Positions 21,489-32,896 of a stretch of DNA of 64,000 nucleotides are shown piece by piece (positions within the stretch are counted from its first letter, which is position 1; each line of letters begins with the position of its first letter). The DNA comes from Dehalococcoidia bacterium (GTDB lineage: Bacteria > Chloroflexota > Dehalococcoidia > Lucifugimonadales > QGNO01), in the NCBI GenBank assembly GCA_965249115.1, contig CBDFLI010000001.1, forward strand, positions 417,996-481,995, in the 5' to 3' direction. The notes beneath the pieces are model-generated. The model had not been told where the DNA came from, searched no databases, and saw only the letters and a list, made by a program, of their open reading frames with translations. Position numbers and translations under genes: made by a program.

Positions 21489-23033
21489 TGTAGACCGTCA
21501 GCGATAATGGGACACATATAAGGGTAGGAAAACCCGAGAGTCGGAGGGTGGTGTGAGCTCCTGAAATGAGGGTAGAGTTACCCACAGAAAGGAGCAGATG
21601 TGTCCCAATTAGAAGTAAGCAAAGCAGAGGCCGCCGAGGAACGAAGCGAGCAGACCAGGTCTTTCGTCCGCACAGTGAAGGCGGCTGCCCGACGTAAGTA
21701 CACCTCCGAAGAGAAGATCCGAATTGTTCTGGAGGGCTTCCGCCGCGAGGTCACAGTCAACGACCTGTGCCGGCGGGAGGGGATCAAGCCCCACTCCTAC
21801 TACTCGTGGACCAAAGAGTTCATGGAGGCGGGCAAGGAGAGGTTGACCCGTGACTCGGTTCGGGACGCCACTCAGCATGAGGTAGGGCAGCTCAAGCGAG
21901 AGAACGGGGAACTCAAGGAGCTAGTGGCCGATCTGTCGCTGGAGGCGTACCGTCTCAAAAAAACGGCCATCCCCATGCCCCAGGACGCCACCGGTACCAG
22001 CGGATGAGCGCCCCGGAGAAGGCAGAGGTAGTTACCAAAGTATCCTCGTCTCCCCTCCCCAAGCGAAAGGTCCTCAGAGAGCTGGGCATCCCTAAGAGCA
22101 CCTACTACCGGTGGCTCAGACGCCAAAACCAACAAGGACTTGAGGACCGACCAGGAGGCGATCAGCCACCATGGAACCGTCTTACTATTCAGGAAGAACG
22201 CTCAGTCCTGTTATCAGCCAGAAAGATGCCAGAGCTGAGCTGCCGTCAGCTGGCCGCGTGGATCACCGACAACCAGGGCTTCTCAGTCTCAGAGTCCAGC
22301 GTCTACCGTATCCTGGGCAGGGAGGGCCTAGTGAAGAGGCCTGAGATGCGGTTGGCCGCGGGGAAGGAGTACCACCGCAAGACCACAGGGCCTCACCAGA
22401 TGTGGGCCACCGATGCCTCATACTTCAGGGTGGTTGGTTGGGGCTACTACTACCTGGTCACCGTTATGGACGACTACTCCCGCTTCATCCTGGCTCACAG
22501 GCTTCAGCAAGATATGACGGCCGACTCCTTCATCGAGGTGGTCCAGGATGCTGTGGACACGACCAGCATGGACCAAATTCCAGTCACAGACCGCACCAGG
22601 CTGCTGAGTGACAACGGTCCAGGCTACGTCTCCCGTGCCTTCAGGGACTACCTGGGGATGGTTGGCATCAAGCACATCCTAGCAACTCCTTTCCACCCTC
22701 AGACCAACGGGAAGCTGGAGCGCTACCACCAGACCATCAAACGGGACGTCAACCAGGTGCCTTATGAGTTGCCCGCCCACCTTGAGGCTGCTATCGCGGC
22801 CTTCGTCAGCTACTACAACTACCGGCGCTATCACAAGGCTCTGGGCAACGTGACACCATCAGACGTGCTCAAGGGAAGACGGCAAGAGATCCTACAACGC
22901 AGGAAGGAGGTGAAGGCTCAAACCACCGAACGGCGACGACTCTACAACAGGGCCCTCAGGGAGCTCACCAGACCTCCATCCAGCCCCTGATCTCTCGGCT
23001 CCCAATGTGTCCCACTTTTGCTGGTTGCTAACA
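21489..23033 (+). mobile_element. IS3-family insertion sequence, copy 2 (inverted relative to copy 1)
   Basis: Same IRs and ORFs (21600-22007, 22004-22990); the proteins differ by one residue in OrfA (PQA vs PQD). Confidence 0.93.
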
Positions 23034-23052
23034 ATTGGGTTGGAGTAGCAAA

Positions 23053-23805
23053 TTAGTGGGTGAGGATCTTGCTTAGAAAGAGTTTGGTGCGGGACTCTCG
23101 CGGGCTGGTGAAGAACTCTTCAGAGGTTCCGACTTCGACTATCTCGCCCTCATCCATGAAGATCACGCGGTCGGCGACGTTCCTTGCGAAGCTCATCTCG
23201 TGGGTAACGCAGATCATGGTCATACCGGACGCAGCCAACTCGCCCATCACCTTGAGGACCTCGTTGATCATCTCCGGGTCGAGCGCGGAGGTGGGCTCGT
23301 CGAACATCATCAGCTTGGGGTTCATCGCGAGAGCGCGGGCGATGGCGACGCGCTGCTGCTGGCCGCCTGAGAGTTGGCCGGGGTATTTCTCCGCCTGTTC
23401 AGGTATACCTACGCGGCGCAGCAGTTGGAGCGCGAGCTCCTCCGCCTGCTTCTGCGGCATATGGCGGACCTTCTGCGGCGCGAGTGTTATGTTGCGCATG
23501 ACGGTGAGGTGCGGGAAGAGGTTGAACTGCTGAAAGACCATCCCCGTGTCGGCCCGTATCTTGGCGAGAGTGCGGGCGTCGTCCGTCAGCTCGACGCCGT
23601 CAACGACGATCCGGCCGGAATCGTGTCGCTCGAGCTGATTTATGGTCCTGAGCAGGGTCGATTTGCCTGAGCCAGAAGGCCCGATGATGACGACGACCTC
23701 GCCCTTGATCACTGAGACGTCGACTTCTTTCAGAGCAGTGAAATCGCCGTAGCGTTTCACCACTTTCTCTAGGCGGAGTATCTCTTTGCCACCCTGCTTG
23801 GCCAT
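23053..23805 (-). CDS. aapP: Polar amino acid ABC transporter ATP-binding protein
   Basis: [34 protein letters not shown]. Confidence 0.9.
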   Translation of the reverse strand: MAKQGGKEILRLEKVVKRYGDFTALKEVDVSVIKGEVVVIIGPSGSGKSTLLRTINQLERHDSGRIVVDGVELTDDARTLAKIRADTGMVFQQFNLFPHLTVMRNITLAPQKVRHMPQKQAEELALQLLRRVGIPEQAEKYPGQLSGGQQQRVAIARALAMNPKLMMFDEPTSALDPEMINEVLKVMGELAASGMTMICVTHEMSFARNVADRVIFMDEGEIVEVGTSEEFFTSPRESRTKLFLSKILTH

Positions 23806-23833
23806 GTGCCGGTCCTCTCTATAGCCTGGTCCG

Positions 23834-25177
23834 TTATCTGGTGCCCAGTCCTAATCGGGTTTCCGCCGCCCCGCCAAGCCGGGATAACAGATACGAAACC
23901 AGCCAGTATATGAGCCCTACCACAATATATATCTCGAAGAAGGCGCCCTCCGCTATGTCCGTCTGGCCCCCGAGGATTTTTTTCGCTTTTTCCAGTGTGT
24001 TGACGAGCGATATTGCGGCGAGTAGCGCTGTATCTTTCCATAGGGCGATGAAGCGCCCGATAATTGCCGGGATAACCGCCCTGATCGCTTGCGGCAGGAT
24101 GATGAAGATGTACTTCTGCGCCGCGGAAAGACCTATCGCCTCAGACGCCTCATGCTGGCCACGCGGTATGGACTGGAGTCCGCCTCGCAAAACCTCAGCG
24201 ATGTAGGCCCCGCCGAAGAAGGCAAAAACGATCATGACTCGATATACGAGGTCGATGTTGCTGAACGCTTCGCCGATAGGTCCGAACTCGTCATCGAGGA
24301 ACGTGGCGAACAGTAGCCAGACGAGCAGCGGGGCAGCGCGCACGACCTCGATGTAGCCGACGGCGGAGAACCGTATAGTCCAGTACGGAGAGGTGCGGCC
24401 CAACGCCAGTCCGAGACCGATGAAGAAGGAGAAGAATCCCCCCACGGCAAACACCAGCAGGTCGAGGAATGCGCTCTCCCAGTGGCTGCTGGACACCCCC
24501 AACTGGAGCAAGACGATCATCGGGATGAGCAGGACCCACGCTGCGCCGATCGCCTGAAGCAGTATCGGATTGCTTCTCCATCTGGAGAGGCGCCTGCCCG
24601 CCCAAGCTCCTCCTATCAGGACCGCAAAGAGCCCAGCGAGTAGCAGCCAAGATGTACCGAACGGGATTGCGAGTCCCAGTGAGAGCGAGTAGAGCCAGCG
24701 GGGTGCCCAGCCACGCTCCCACACCAGTTCTCTGTGGACACCGCTCACGATTGTGGTCTGTCCCGCGGACTGTATCTCTTGGGTGTACTGTCCCTCCTGG
24801 ATCTGCAGATCGGTCCCCAGGCCGAGCGTGAGAATTATCACCGCCACCGCACCGATCGCCACTATGTAGGGCCGCAATCTTCCGATCCAGACGCCATAGG
24901 TAAGGGCAACCAGAATTACCACGATGAAGAGGGATATCCATATCCGGAAGGTGTCCTCCGCAGGATAACTGCCGACGAAGAACAGCTTTCGGTTGATCGC
25001 GACGAGGCCCCAGTTGGCCTGGAACAGAACGAACCTCAGCACCAGGAATCCGGCGATACCGCCAGCCGCTATGGTGGCTAAGCTGAGGACGGAGTTACGC
25101 CGTGAATTGAACAGGTTTGTCCTTGCCCTGGTCAGACAGCTGGAGACGATGGAGCGATACGCTGCAGATGTCGTCAT
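23834..25177 (-). CDS. aapM: Amino acid ABC transporter permease
   Basis: [43 protein letters not shown]. Confidence 0.85.
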   Translation of the reverse strand: MTTSAAYRSIVSSCLTRARTNLFNSRRNSVLSLATIAAGGIAGFLVLRFVLFQANWGLVAINRKLFFVGSYPAEDTFRIWISLFIVVILVALTYGVWIGRLRPYIVAIGAVAVIILTLGLGTDLQIQEGQYTQEIQSAGQTTIVSGVHRELVWERGWAPRWLYSLSLGLAIPFGTSWLLLAGLFAVLIGGAWAGRRLSRWRSNPILLQAIGAAWVLLIPMIVLLQLGVSSSHWESAFLDLLVFAVGGFFSFFIGLGLALGRTSPYWTIRFSAVGYIEVVRAAPLLVWLLFATFLDDEFGPIGEAFSNIDLVYRVMIVFAFFGGAYIAEVLRGGLQSIPRGQHEASEAIGLSAAQKYIFIILPQAIRAVIPAIIGRFIALWKDTALLAAISLVNTLEKAKKILGGQTDIAEGAFFEIYIVVGLIYWLVSYLLSRLGGAAETRLGLGTR

Positions 25178-26340
25178 CTGATCTGGACTTTTCGGTTTAT
25201 CGTATTCATGATCAGCGAGATGATGAGGTTCGTGATGACGAAAACGAAGAATATGAACAGGTATGTCTGCAGGAGGTTCCCGGTGTTGTTGATGATCCTA
25301 TTGGATATCAGGACTATCTCGCCGTAGGCTATGGCATGCGCAAGCGTCGAGTCCTTGTTGGCGTTTTGGAATTCGTTGTTCAAAGAAGGAATCATGATCC
25401 GCAGGGCCTGGGGCAGGATGATCAGCGAGAAGCGCTGGTACGTTGATAGTCCAAGAGATGCGGAGGCTTCGGTCTGGCCGTGGGGAACCGCCTGGAGCGA
25501 GCCACGCACGATCTCAGCGATGTAGGCGCTGAAGTAGAGGGTGAGCGACACCAGCGCGCTCAGATAACCCAACCCGAGCAGATTGCCACCGGTATACGAG
25601 AAGAACCCGGACGCCGATTGAGTCACGTCAGGAAGAGTTAGGCGCACCGGGAAGAGCAGTGCGGCGTATGCCACCGCCCCTATGAGCACAAAGACCGCTG
25701 TTCCCCACACGTTCGGGTGCAGGCTTTCGCCCGTCCGTGCCTCTCTACGCGCACGGCTCCTCCTCACGAGCCACGCGGCCGTTGCGGCGCCGAGCAACGC
25801 CACGGGCCACAGCCACCAGAGCGAATTGGCGGCCTCGAGCCAGGGGATGGCCAGCCCGCGGTTGCTGATGTAGAGGAGACCGCTCCACCCTGAGCGCTCC
25901 TCTATCTTGGGCAGTTCCCTGGACATCGCGAAGGCGAAGAAGAACATGATCAGCAGCAGGGGCAGGTTCCTGAACAGCTCGACGTAGAGCTTGCCCAGCC
26001 GGTTGACCATGGGATTGGAGGAGAGGCGGGCCACGCCAACGGCCAGGCCCAACAGGGAGGAGAGGAGTATGGCAAAGACCACAACCGTTATAGTGTTGCC
26101 AGCGCCTTTGAGCATCCCCAGCCATCTCAGGTCGCTCGCCTCTACGTCCAAGAGCTGGAAGATCGAGCTGCGGTCCGGGCTGCCGTAAGGCCCGAAGAGG
26201 AAGTCGAAATCGAAGAGGTTGATGGCTATGGAGTAGCCGACATAGCCCACGACGATCCCGGAAGCGGCACCGACGATTAGATTGACCGCGAGGTAGCGCG
26301 AGCGTCTCTTGAACCAGATATCTTTCAGGCGCTGCATCAT
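25174..26340 (-). CDS. aapQ: Amino acid ABC transporter permease
   Basis: YVELFRNLPLLL, ISNRG, AYIAEIVRG.LQAVP.GQ.EA. Confidence 0.85.
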   Translation of the reverse strand: MMQRLKDIWFKRRSRYLAVNLIVGAASGIVVGYVGYSIAINLFDFDFLFGPYGSPDRSSIFQLLDVEASDLRWLGMLKGAGNTITVVVFAILLSSLLGLAVGVARLSSNPMVNRLGKLYVELFRNLPLLLIMFFFAFAMSRELPKIEERSGWSGLLYISNRGLAIPWLEAANSLWWLWPVALLGAATAAWLVRRSRARREARTGESLHPNVWGTAVFVLIGAVAYAALLFPVRLTLPDVTQSASGFFSYTGGNLLGLGYLSALVSLTLYFSAYIAEIVRGSLQAVPHGQTEASASLGLSTYQRFSLIILPQALRIMIPSLNNEFQNANKDSTLAHAIAYGEIVLISNRIINNTGNLLQTYLFIFFVFVITNLIISLIMNTINRKVQIR

Positions 26341-26419
26341 CGCCTAGCAATCACACGAAATCCTACGTATGGGCAGGGGTATGCCCGCCAGTACGTTCCG
26401 TCCTTGTCAGAAAGCGCTC

Positions 26420-27508
26420 TTAGCGCATCGGCGGGGCGTAGATCAGTCCGCCGTCTAGATAGGAGGCGTTCAACGATCCGGCACGGGTGAGTCCTACCTG
26501 CTCGAGTGTAAGGCTGTAGGCCTCACCGTAGTTGCCGACCTGATCGATCACGCTCTGCATGAAGGTGCTGGCGATCTTGCCGTGTCCGATGCCCAGGTTG
26601 GTAGGAGGGCCGCCGTCGAATCCCACTCCCAGGAGACGGGCCACTGTGTTGTTCGGCGGGTTCGCCGCCATCTGACCCATATTATCCGAGGTGACCCCCT
26701 GCTCTTCGGCGATGATCATGCCATTCACTACCCAGCGCACCACGTCTTCCCACTCCGAGTCGTAGTCGCGTACACTCGGACCGAGAGGTTCTTTGGAGAG
26801 CGTCTCGGGGAGCACGATGGCGTCGGTCCCGTCCGCCTTTAGGGTGAACTGGTGACCGCCCAGCTGTGATTTATCGGAGGACCAGGCGTCACACTGATCG
26901 TTGATAAACGCTCCGCGGAGCTCCGGGTTGGCCTGGAAGGTGAGCTCAGAGTAGGTGAGCCCCTGTTCGGAGAAGAAGTCGGAGACGGCGCCTTGGGTGC
27001 TGGTGCCGTCCAGGATGCAGATAGTGGCCCCGTCGAGCTCCTTAGCGCTGGACAGTCCGGCGCTCGCCTTCACCATGATGCCGGTTCCGTCGTAGAAGGT
27101 GGTGGGCGCGAAGGCGACGTTGAGGTCGGTGTCGCGGCTGGCGGTCCAAGTGGTTGTGCGGATGAGCACGTCGATCTCTTTCGCGGCGAGCAACTCGAAG
27201 CGGTTGGCGGAGGTGGCCTCCTTGAACTCGACCTTGCTCCTGTCTCCGAAGACAGCCGCGGCCATCGCGTGGCAATACTCCACGTCGTTACCTTGGGCCG
27301 TGCCGTCCGGGTTGAGCACGCCGAAGCCTGGGGTGTCAGCTTTGATGCCGCAGACGAGGTATCCTCGATCGAGGATCTCATCAAGCGTGTTCTCTCGGGC
27401 CTCTCCTTCGTTGCCTCCACACGCAGCTATGGCTAGCAGCGCGACAACTACTACCATCCCAGCGGGTAAACGTACGTACCTGTCCATCTTGCCTCCTGGC
27501 AACGACAT
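26420..27508 (-). CDS. aapJ: Amino acid ABC transporter substrate-binding lipoprotein
   Basis: IAAC lipobox; RG.LVCG, RTTTWT.SRD, FYDG, SKEPLGP, VGNYGE, GGLIYAPP; exact start uncertain. Confidence 0.88.
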   Translation of the reverse strand: MSLPGGKMDRYVRLPAGMVVVVALLAIAACGGNEGEARENTLDEILDRGYLVCGIKADTPGFGVLNPDGTAQGNDVEYCHAMAAAVFGDRSKVEFKEATSANRFELLAAKEIDVLIRTTTWTASRDTDLNVAFAPTTFYDGTGIMVKASAGLSSAKELDGATICILDGTSTQGAVSDFFSEQGLTYSELTFQANPELRGAFINDQCDAWSSDKSQLGGHQFTLKADGTDAIVLPETLSKEPLGPSVRDYDSEWEDVVRWVVNGMIIAEEQGVTSDNMGQMAANPPNNTVARLLGVGFDGGPPTNLGIGHGKIASTFMQSVIDQVGNYGEAYSLTLEQVGLTRAGSLNASYLDGGLIYAPPMR

Positions 27509-27613
27509 CGGTTTTGGTTATTCGTCTCCTGATGGGTCACGTCCCGTGAAGTCCTGTAAAGTAGTGTAAGAGAGAGCGCCATCCTGTTGAACACATCTAT
27601 GCCGCTGCCTTCT

Positions 27614-27817
27614 CTAGATCCGCCTTGGGATCGCGGCGGCTGCATCTACCACGTCGAGGTCGTCCAGGGAGAGGAAGCACCGTCCGCCCGGCATAAGCTC
27701 CTGGGCTAGGGTGCTCTTCCCCGTCTGACGGGCTCCGGTCACCACCACCGTAGGCATGACCCGGAGACGGTCCTGAAGGCTTGGCCCAACGAGGCGGGGG
27801 AGTGTATCATTCACCAT
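27614..27817 (-). pseudogene. Truncated AAA_14-type ATPase (N-terminus only)
   Basis: VVVTGARQTGKSTLA...LSLDD then an early stop. Confidence 0.65.
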
Positions 27818-28024
27818 AGACACCATGATAGTCATTCACGGTATGTTTTGCAATGGTGAGGCACCTTCCACAGTTTTCCTTGGGTTTATTCAGCCGCAGC
27901 GTCAGACAGCTGAGGAAACGGTGGTTGGCATCGGACACATGAAGGGGGACCTCGATTTGGTCTCTTCCTGTGCTCCCTATTCGTCATAGACCGAAGCGTT
28001 TCTGCCGACCACGTACTCTGATGG

Positions 28025-28095
28025 ACAACAAAAAAAGACCTCACATATGGATAGGCAGGGGCAGCTACCGTTTGAGGACGATAGCTGCCCCTGTT
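28025..28095 (-). terminator. Hairpin plus T-tract; homologous to 7975-8040
   Basis: AGGGGCAGCTATCG...CGGTAGCTGCCCCT, TATCCATATGTGAGG, TTTTTTT. Confidence 0.55.
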
Positions 28096-28104
28096 TTGCG
28101 CAAG

Positions 28105-28704
28105 TCAGCGTCTAGTGCCAACCAACTCCTCCTCTCCCACTTCCTCGGGACCGACCGCCCACTCGAACAGCGACAGTGACGCTGGCTGGGGGCGCTGGCG
28201 CCGTTCCCACTGGATGGCACGTGTCGTCCCGAAAACGCGAAAGCGCCCCAGATATCGACACAAGGGGATTGCTCCTCCCTCAACAGATGAAGCCTGCGCC
28301 GCCCCCTGTTCACGCCGTGGCCGACGCCCGGTCGAGGGAGCGTGTCGCGCGTGAGCGGGATACTTGGGCGCGTCTTCCCACCTGGCGCTCGCCCTTTCGA
28401 TCACCGCCGAGACTTCCCTGACCAGCTCGGATGGGTCCGGTTCATCGAACGACTCAATGTGCGGGTCCGACGAGGGCCGTTGTACCCCGATGGTGGCCCT
28501 GCCTTCTCTGATGGACACGACGACCTTCAAGTCCTCAGGCGGACCGGCCTGTTGCTCGGCGACGTCCGACCCTTGCAGCTCCTTGTCGGTTTTGCTCTTG
28601 GCTTCTTGCCCGTCGGCCGGGTCGGCTGCCATATCGCCGAAGAGAGCCTCTTCGGCGTTCCGGGCATCTTCGCGGGATACTCCCGTTTCATTCTCATTAG
28701 GCAT
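28105..28704 (-). CDS. Hypothetical integrative-element protein downstream of ThiF (probably a deletion chimera at its 3' end)
   Basis: AGGAG RBS; LKVVVSI...IGVQ...DP.IE core; its C-terminus SLFEWA...ELVG resembles the relic at 8058-8130. Confidence 0.5.
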   Translation of the reverse strand: MPNENETGVSREDARNAEEALFGDMAADPADGQEAKSKTDKELQGSDVAEQQAGPPEDLKVVVSIREGRATIGVQRPSSDPHIESFDEPDPSELVREVSAVIERASARWEDAPKYPAHARHAPSTGRRPRREQGAAQASSVEGGAIPLCRYLGRFRVFGTTRAIQWERRQRPQPASLSLFEWAVGPEEVGEEELVGTRR

Positions 28705-29131
28705 GACTTCTCCTCTCCTTGGTTCTTTCTCTGGCTACGTCCTGAGCTCTGGCCTTTAGACCTTATCCCCCCTCCAGGGCGTCAAACTATCCTCCGCCGC
28801 CGACGGCGGCTCGACCTCATCACTCGATTCACCGCCTCGGGGGTGACGTAGGTCGGGGTGACGGTGCCCTGCTCCATGTCCAGATACAGGCCCATGAAAG
28901 GGCAGGTACCCGCCACCATGCGGCGGACTACCTGGAGCACCAGGGAGACCATCATCTGGTTGATGGTGGGGTCCTGGTCGGTGAGATCGAGGGCCGCCGC
29001 GCAGTCCACGTCCGGTGGGGTTGTCGGTACTGTGGTCAACAGGTCCGGGCGCTGGAGCGTTGGCGCGGGCAGCAGGTAGCAGGTCTCGCCGTCGAAGGCC
29101 GAATCATACAGGTACGACGGGTCGGCCACAT

Positions 29132-31540
29132 GTAGGGTAGGCCGCCGGCGAGTTACTCCGGTTTGCCCGAAGCACTTTTCCGTCGGCCCCCCTCCGAACC
29201 GGACGTGCGGCTTTCACCGCATCCGGCTCTCCAGTGGTTATTTCTGCTCGCGCGGATGCCAGGTGCCCCCGTGGACGGTCAGGTGACAGGAGCGACAGAC
29301 CACGAGAGTCTTGCGTCGCCTTGCCGCCATAGCCTGAATCCACTTGGGCTTTTCACCTTGGCCCTTCACGTTCAGGTCACGAAGTGCGCGGACGTGGTGG
29401 ACTTCGATGTCCTCCGTTGACTCGCACAGCTCGCATGTGTCTGCTAAGAGCCTCTGTATCAGCTCGTTGCGTTCAAACCTGTTCCGTGTGGGCGTTTGGT
29501 CTACGAGGACGGCCTGCCGTTTCCGCTTCAGGGGTATGCCACCGAACTGCGTCACCCGTGGGCGTTGCCCATTGCCCCGCTGTACTACGACCTGGAGGCA
29601 AGCCCGTTCCCCATGCTCGGTCTGCACGGTGCTCTTGTACCGCCGGCACATTTTGCGAGCGGTGGACTTGTGCTTGCCTGCGAGGGTCTTAGCCAGCGAC
29701 TTCCCCATGACCCATTGCAGACTCCCGAAGTGGGAGACGTTATAGGCCACAAGGTAGTACTGGACGACGCCCCGGAACTCCGCTTGATACCGGCTTATGA
29801 TGGTGTAGTCATCATCGGCCAGCATTTCGTTGCGGTGGGTCGGTTTGCCGTTGCTCATGTAGGCTTGGCAGTGTTGTTCGATGACTTTGGCGGGAACTCG
29901 TAACCCAATGTTTCCATTGATGCCGCGTCGACCGAGATGGTCGTGCTTGTCGTTGGCCTGTTGGTTGACGAGTTCATAACCGAGGAACCGTGCCGCCTGG
30001 CTGGTGGCGTGGGTTAGGAGAGTCTTCTCCCTGGATAGCTCCAGCTTGAGCGTGTCGCGCAGGAACGTCTCCAAGAAATCCTTTATCTGCTCGGCTTCGG
30101 CCTTTGGTCCGATGAAGCCCAGGACGAAGTCGTCCGCGTAGCGAACGTATCGCAGCCGCCTGTACTCAGGGTCGTAGGGATCGCCGTAAGGCAGTTGCTG
30201 CATCTCTTTGCGCAGCTTCGCCGCCAGTTGGTGATTCCCTTTCTTCCTTTGATAGGCCAGACGGGTGCTCAGCGCTCCCCATGTGCGGTTGCGCCTTCGC
30301 TTTGTGCCTCGGGTGTAGGCTGGTAGCAGCACGTTCTCGACAAACTTGTCCAACCGGTCTAGGTATAGGTTGGCGAGGATGGGGCTGACCACTCCGCCTT
30401 GCGGCGTACCGCTTATGGTGCGGCCATATTTCCAATCCTCAAGGTAGCCTGCTTTCAGTAGGTACTTGAGCAGGCGTAGGAATCGGTTGTCGTGGAGCTT
30501 CTCGCCGAGCACCGACAACAGTACCTCGTGGTCTATGTTGTCAAAGCACCCTTTGATGTCCCCCTCGACGAACCAGCGGACACCAGTCCAGTGGGTGGTC
30601 ACGTCGCTCAGGGCGGTGTGGTACCCCCGGCTGGGCCGGAAGCCGTGGGAGCGGTCGGAGAACTGCGGCTCGTAGTAGTCTTCCAGAATCATCCGAATGA
30701 CCTCTTGCAGCAGCTTGTCCGTCCACGTCGGTATGCCCAACGGACGGGTTCCCCCATTAGGTTTGGGAAGGTTGACCCGTCGCACAGACGTCCATCGGAA
30801 CCGCTCGTAACGAAGCTCGTCAATGAGACGGTCGATTTTAGCCAGGGACATTCCGTCCACGGTCTCTGCGGTGGTTCCCTTGGTCATCGCTCCCTGGTTT
30901 GAGTAGAGACGACCGTAGGCCCGCAGGTACAGGTTCCGGTTGTAAAGCAGCCGATAGATGTTCTCCAGCGGCAATCCTCGTTCTCCGCGTTTGCTGATGA
31001 CGTTCATTACAGTTTCGGCGTGTTGCATTATGCATACCTCTCTGTCGTATTCCGTCTTAACCACCTGCCCTCCTTCGCCATGTGCCGGGCTTTCCCCGGC
31101 TCGGACTACTACGAGGGCTCCGTTGCCATAGGGGTCTCCCCCCGTAGGCAATCCCGCGTTTCGTCAACATAGGACGTTCTAGCGCGACTGTAGGTGCCCC
31201 GTTCGTCTCCTTGAATTGGCCGCATCGGTCATCGTCCACTCATCGAAGGTGCACTGGTCTGGGAAACGGGCCAGTGCAATGAGTGGCGCCGGGTTACAAG
31301 CGTTCTACCGACGGGTGTCCTGATTCACCACTTGGAGACTGGGGTTCAAGCAATCAAGCTTTCACCGTATCGCGCGGGTCTTACGGAGCCAGCCCTACAA
31401 CGCTTTCGAGCTGCAGCCGTGTTACCGACATGCTGTTGTCCCCCTAAGCTTTCGCTTCGAGGTAGGTCGGTTGACCCAGAAACTTCCTTCGAGTTTCTCC
31501 CGATTGGATCGGGTATCCTATGCCGCGTGACGCGGCGCAC
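29132..31540 (-). mobile_element. Group II intron (2409 nt)
   Basis: 5' GTGCG at 31540; domain V GAGCCGGATGCGGTGAAAGCCGCACGTCCGGTTC; domain VI ending CCCTAC at 29132; removal restores the host frame. Confidence 0.92.
29238..31028 (-). CDS. ltrA: Group II intron reverse transcriptase/maturase with HNH endonuclease
   Basis: RPLGIP, SHGFRP, GDIKGCFDNI, GTPQGG..SPILAN, YVRYADD, FLGY; C-terminal CELC...HH...CRSCH. Confidence 0.93.
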   Translation of the reverse strand: MQHAETVMNVISKRGERGLPLENIYRLLYNRNLYLRAYGRLYSNQGAMTKGTTAETVDGMSLAKIDRLIDELRYERFRWTSVRRVNLPKPNGGTRPLGIPTWTDKLLQEVIRMILEDYYEPQFSDRSHGFRPSRGYHTALSDVTTHWTGVRWFVEGDIKGCFDNIDHEVLLSVLGEKLHDNRFLRLLKYLLKAGYLEDWKYGRTISGTPQGGVVSPILANLYLDRLDKFVENVLLPAYTRGTKRRRNRTWGALSTRLAYQRKKGNHQLAAKLRKEMQQLPYGDPYDPEYRRLRYVRYADDFVLGFIGPKAEAEQIKDFLETFLRDTLKLELSREKTLLTHATSQAARFLGYELVNQQANDKHDHLGRRGINGNIGLRVPAKVIEQHCQAYMSNGKPTHRNEMLADDDYTIISRYQAEFRGVVQYYLVAYNVSHFGSLQWVMGKSLAKTLAGKHKSTARKMCRRYKSTVQTEHGERACLQVVVQRGNGQRPRVTQFGGIPLKRKRQAVLVDQTPTRNRFERNELIQRLLADTCELCESTEDIEVHHVRALRDLNVKGQGEKPKWIQAMAARRRKTLVVCRSCHLTVHGGTWHPREQK

Positions 31541-31881
31541 TCCCCACCAGGACCTGCCCCCAGTTGGCGTCGTTGCCCGCGTCGATGAGCCACTGTTGCC
31601 GCCCGCCCCGCAGACACTCTGCCATAGCCCTGCGTGCGGCGGCGTTGTCGGTGCAGCCGATGAGCAGGCAGTTGCCGTAGCGGGGAAGACCGGCGTAGCG
31701 GTGGCCGTAGGAACCGGAGTCGCCCTCGCGGAAGGCGTAGACCGAGTAGCCGATGGGCCGACCGTACGCCCGCGCCAGCCGGTCGTCGAGGGCCTGGCTT
31801 TTGAAGTGGCCCACATCCTCGGGGTAGAAGTTCTGACGAAGCAGGTTGTGGGGCTCCACCCGGTCGTGGTCGACCAGGACG

Positions 31882-32883
31882 ATGGCGGCCCAGCAGAAGC
31901 GCATCGAAGCCCTGGATCAGCGCATGGAGGCGTTGGAGCAGCAGATCACCAGCGGCCTCGGAGAGATGCGGACCACTATGGAGGGCGAGATCAAGGCGCT
32001 CAAAGACGAACACGCGGGGGCGCTGCGGCAGTGGGAACGGCGTCTGGCCCAGGTGGAGGACTGCGCTGTGCTGCTCGCCTCCAAGGACACCCTGGCGGGG
32101 ACTGGGGCCTTGAACTGGAGCGCGGACGTGTCGATATCCGACTGGGACGGGGTGAGCCTCACCGAGTCGTCGGCCAACGTAGCGGAGCTACTGCTCACGG
32201 GGAAGGGACTCACGGGGAGCATTCCGCCGCAGATCGGGAGGTTGTCGAGCCTGGAGTGGCTGGAACTGGACGACAACGATCTCACGGGGAGCATACCTGC
32301 TGAGCTGGGCAACCTATCGAACCTGAAGCACCTCTACCTGTTCGGCAACCGGCTGACCGGCGCGATCCCGCCGGAGCTGGGCGACCTGACGAGTCTGCGG
32401 GCGCTCTACCTTGCCAGGAACGGACTGGACGGAGAGATACCGTCGGCGCTGGGCAACCTGAACAAGCTGGACGAGTTGATCCTTTCGGGCAACGCGCTCT
32501 CTGGCTCCATACCAGGGTCCCTGGGAAGCCTGAGCGCCCTGACCTCGTTGTGGCTAAGAGACAACGATCTGTCCGGGCAGATACCTGTGGAACTCGTCGA
32601 GATTCCCAGCCTGGGAGAGCTCTTCCTCTCGGACAACCAGTTGATCGGCTGCGTGCCAGTTGGCCTGCGGGAGGTGGCAAGCAACGACCTGGGCTCCCTT
32701 GGGTTGTCGGACTGCAAGGCTCCCGAGCCTGAGAACGTGGTCGCCACGTCGACCGGCGCGACCACCATCGACCTGAGCTGGGACGAGGTGGATGACACAA
32801 CCGTGTACCGGGTGGAGTACCGTGCTCGGCGGCGCGGCCCTCTGGATCATCCGGCGTCGAGACATCGCTGGAGCGAAGGGTGA
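31882..32883 (+). pseudogene. Leucine-rich-repeat protein fragment (plant receptor-like LRRs, truncated FN3)
   Basis: LNWS.D.SISDWDGV cap; 24-aa repeats L..L.L..N.LTG.IP.ELG.L; FN3 start PENVVAT...IDLSW; 5' end abuts the ThiF remnant. Confidence 0.8.
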
Positions 32884-32896
32884 ATGATTCTGGGAC

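Larger units (their letters stand above)
28782..31885 (-). pseudogene. PRTRC-type ThiF-family protein, split by a group II intron (exons about 31885-31541 and 29131-28782) and 5'-truncated
   Basis: LVDHDRVEPHNLLRQNF...KSQAL, IGCTDNAAAR, IDAGN...GQVLVG | NVAD...LPAP, CA...Q...INQMM; the GxGGxG motif is absent. Confidence 0.8.

Noticed and set aside
29238-31028. RT as a DGR or retron diversifying the nearby repeat proteins
   Set aside because: It sits inside a canonical group II intron with maturase and HNH domains; I saw no TR/VR pair with adenine-specific mismatches
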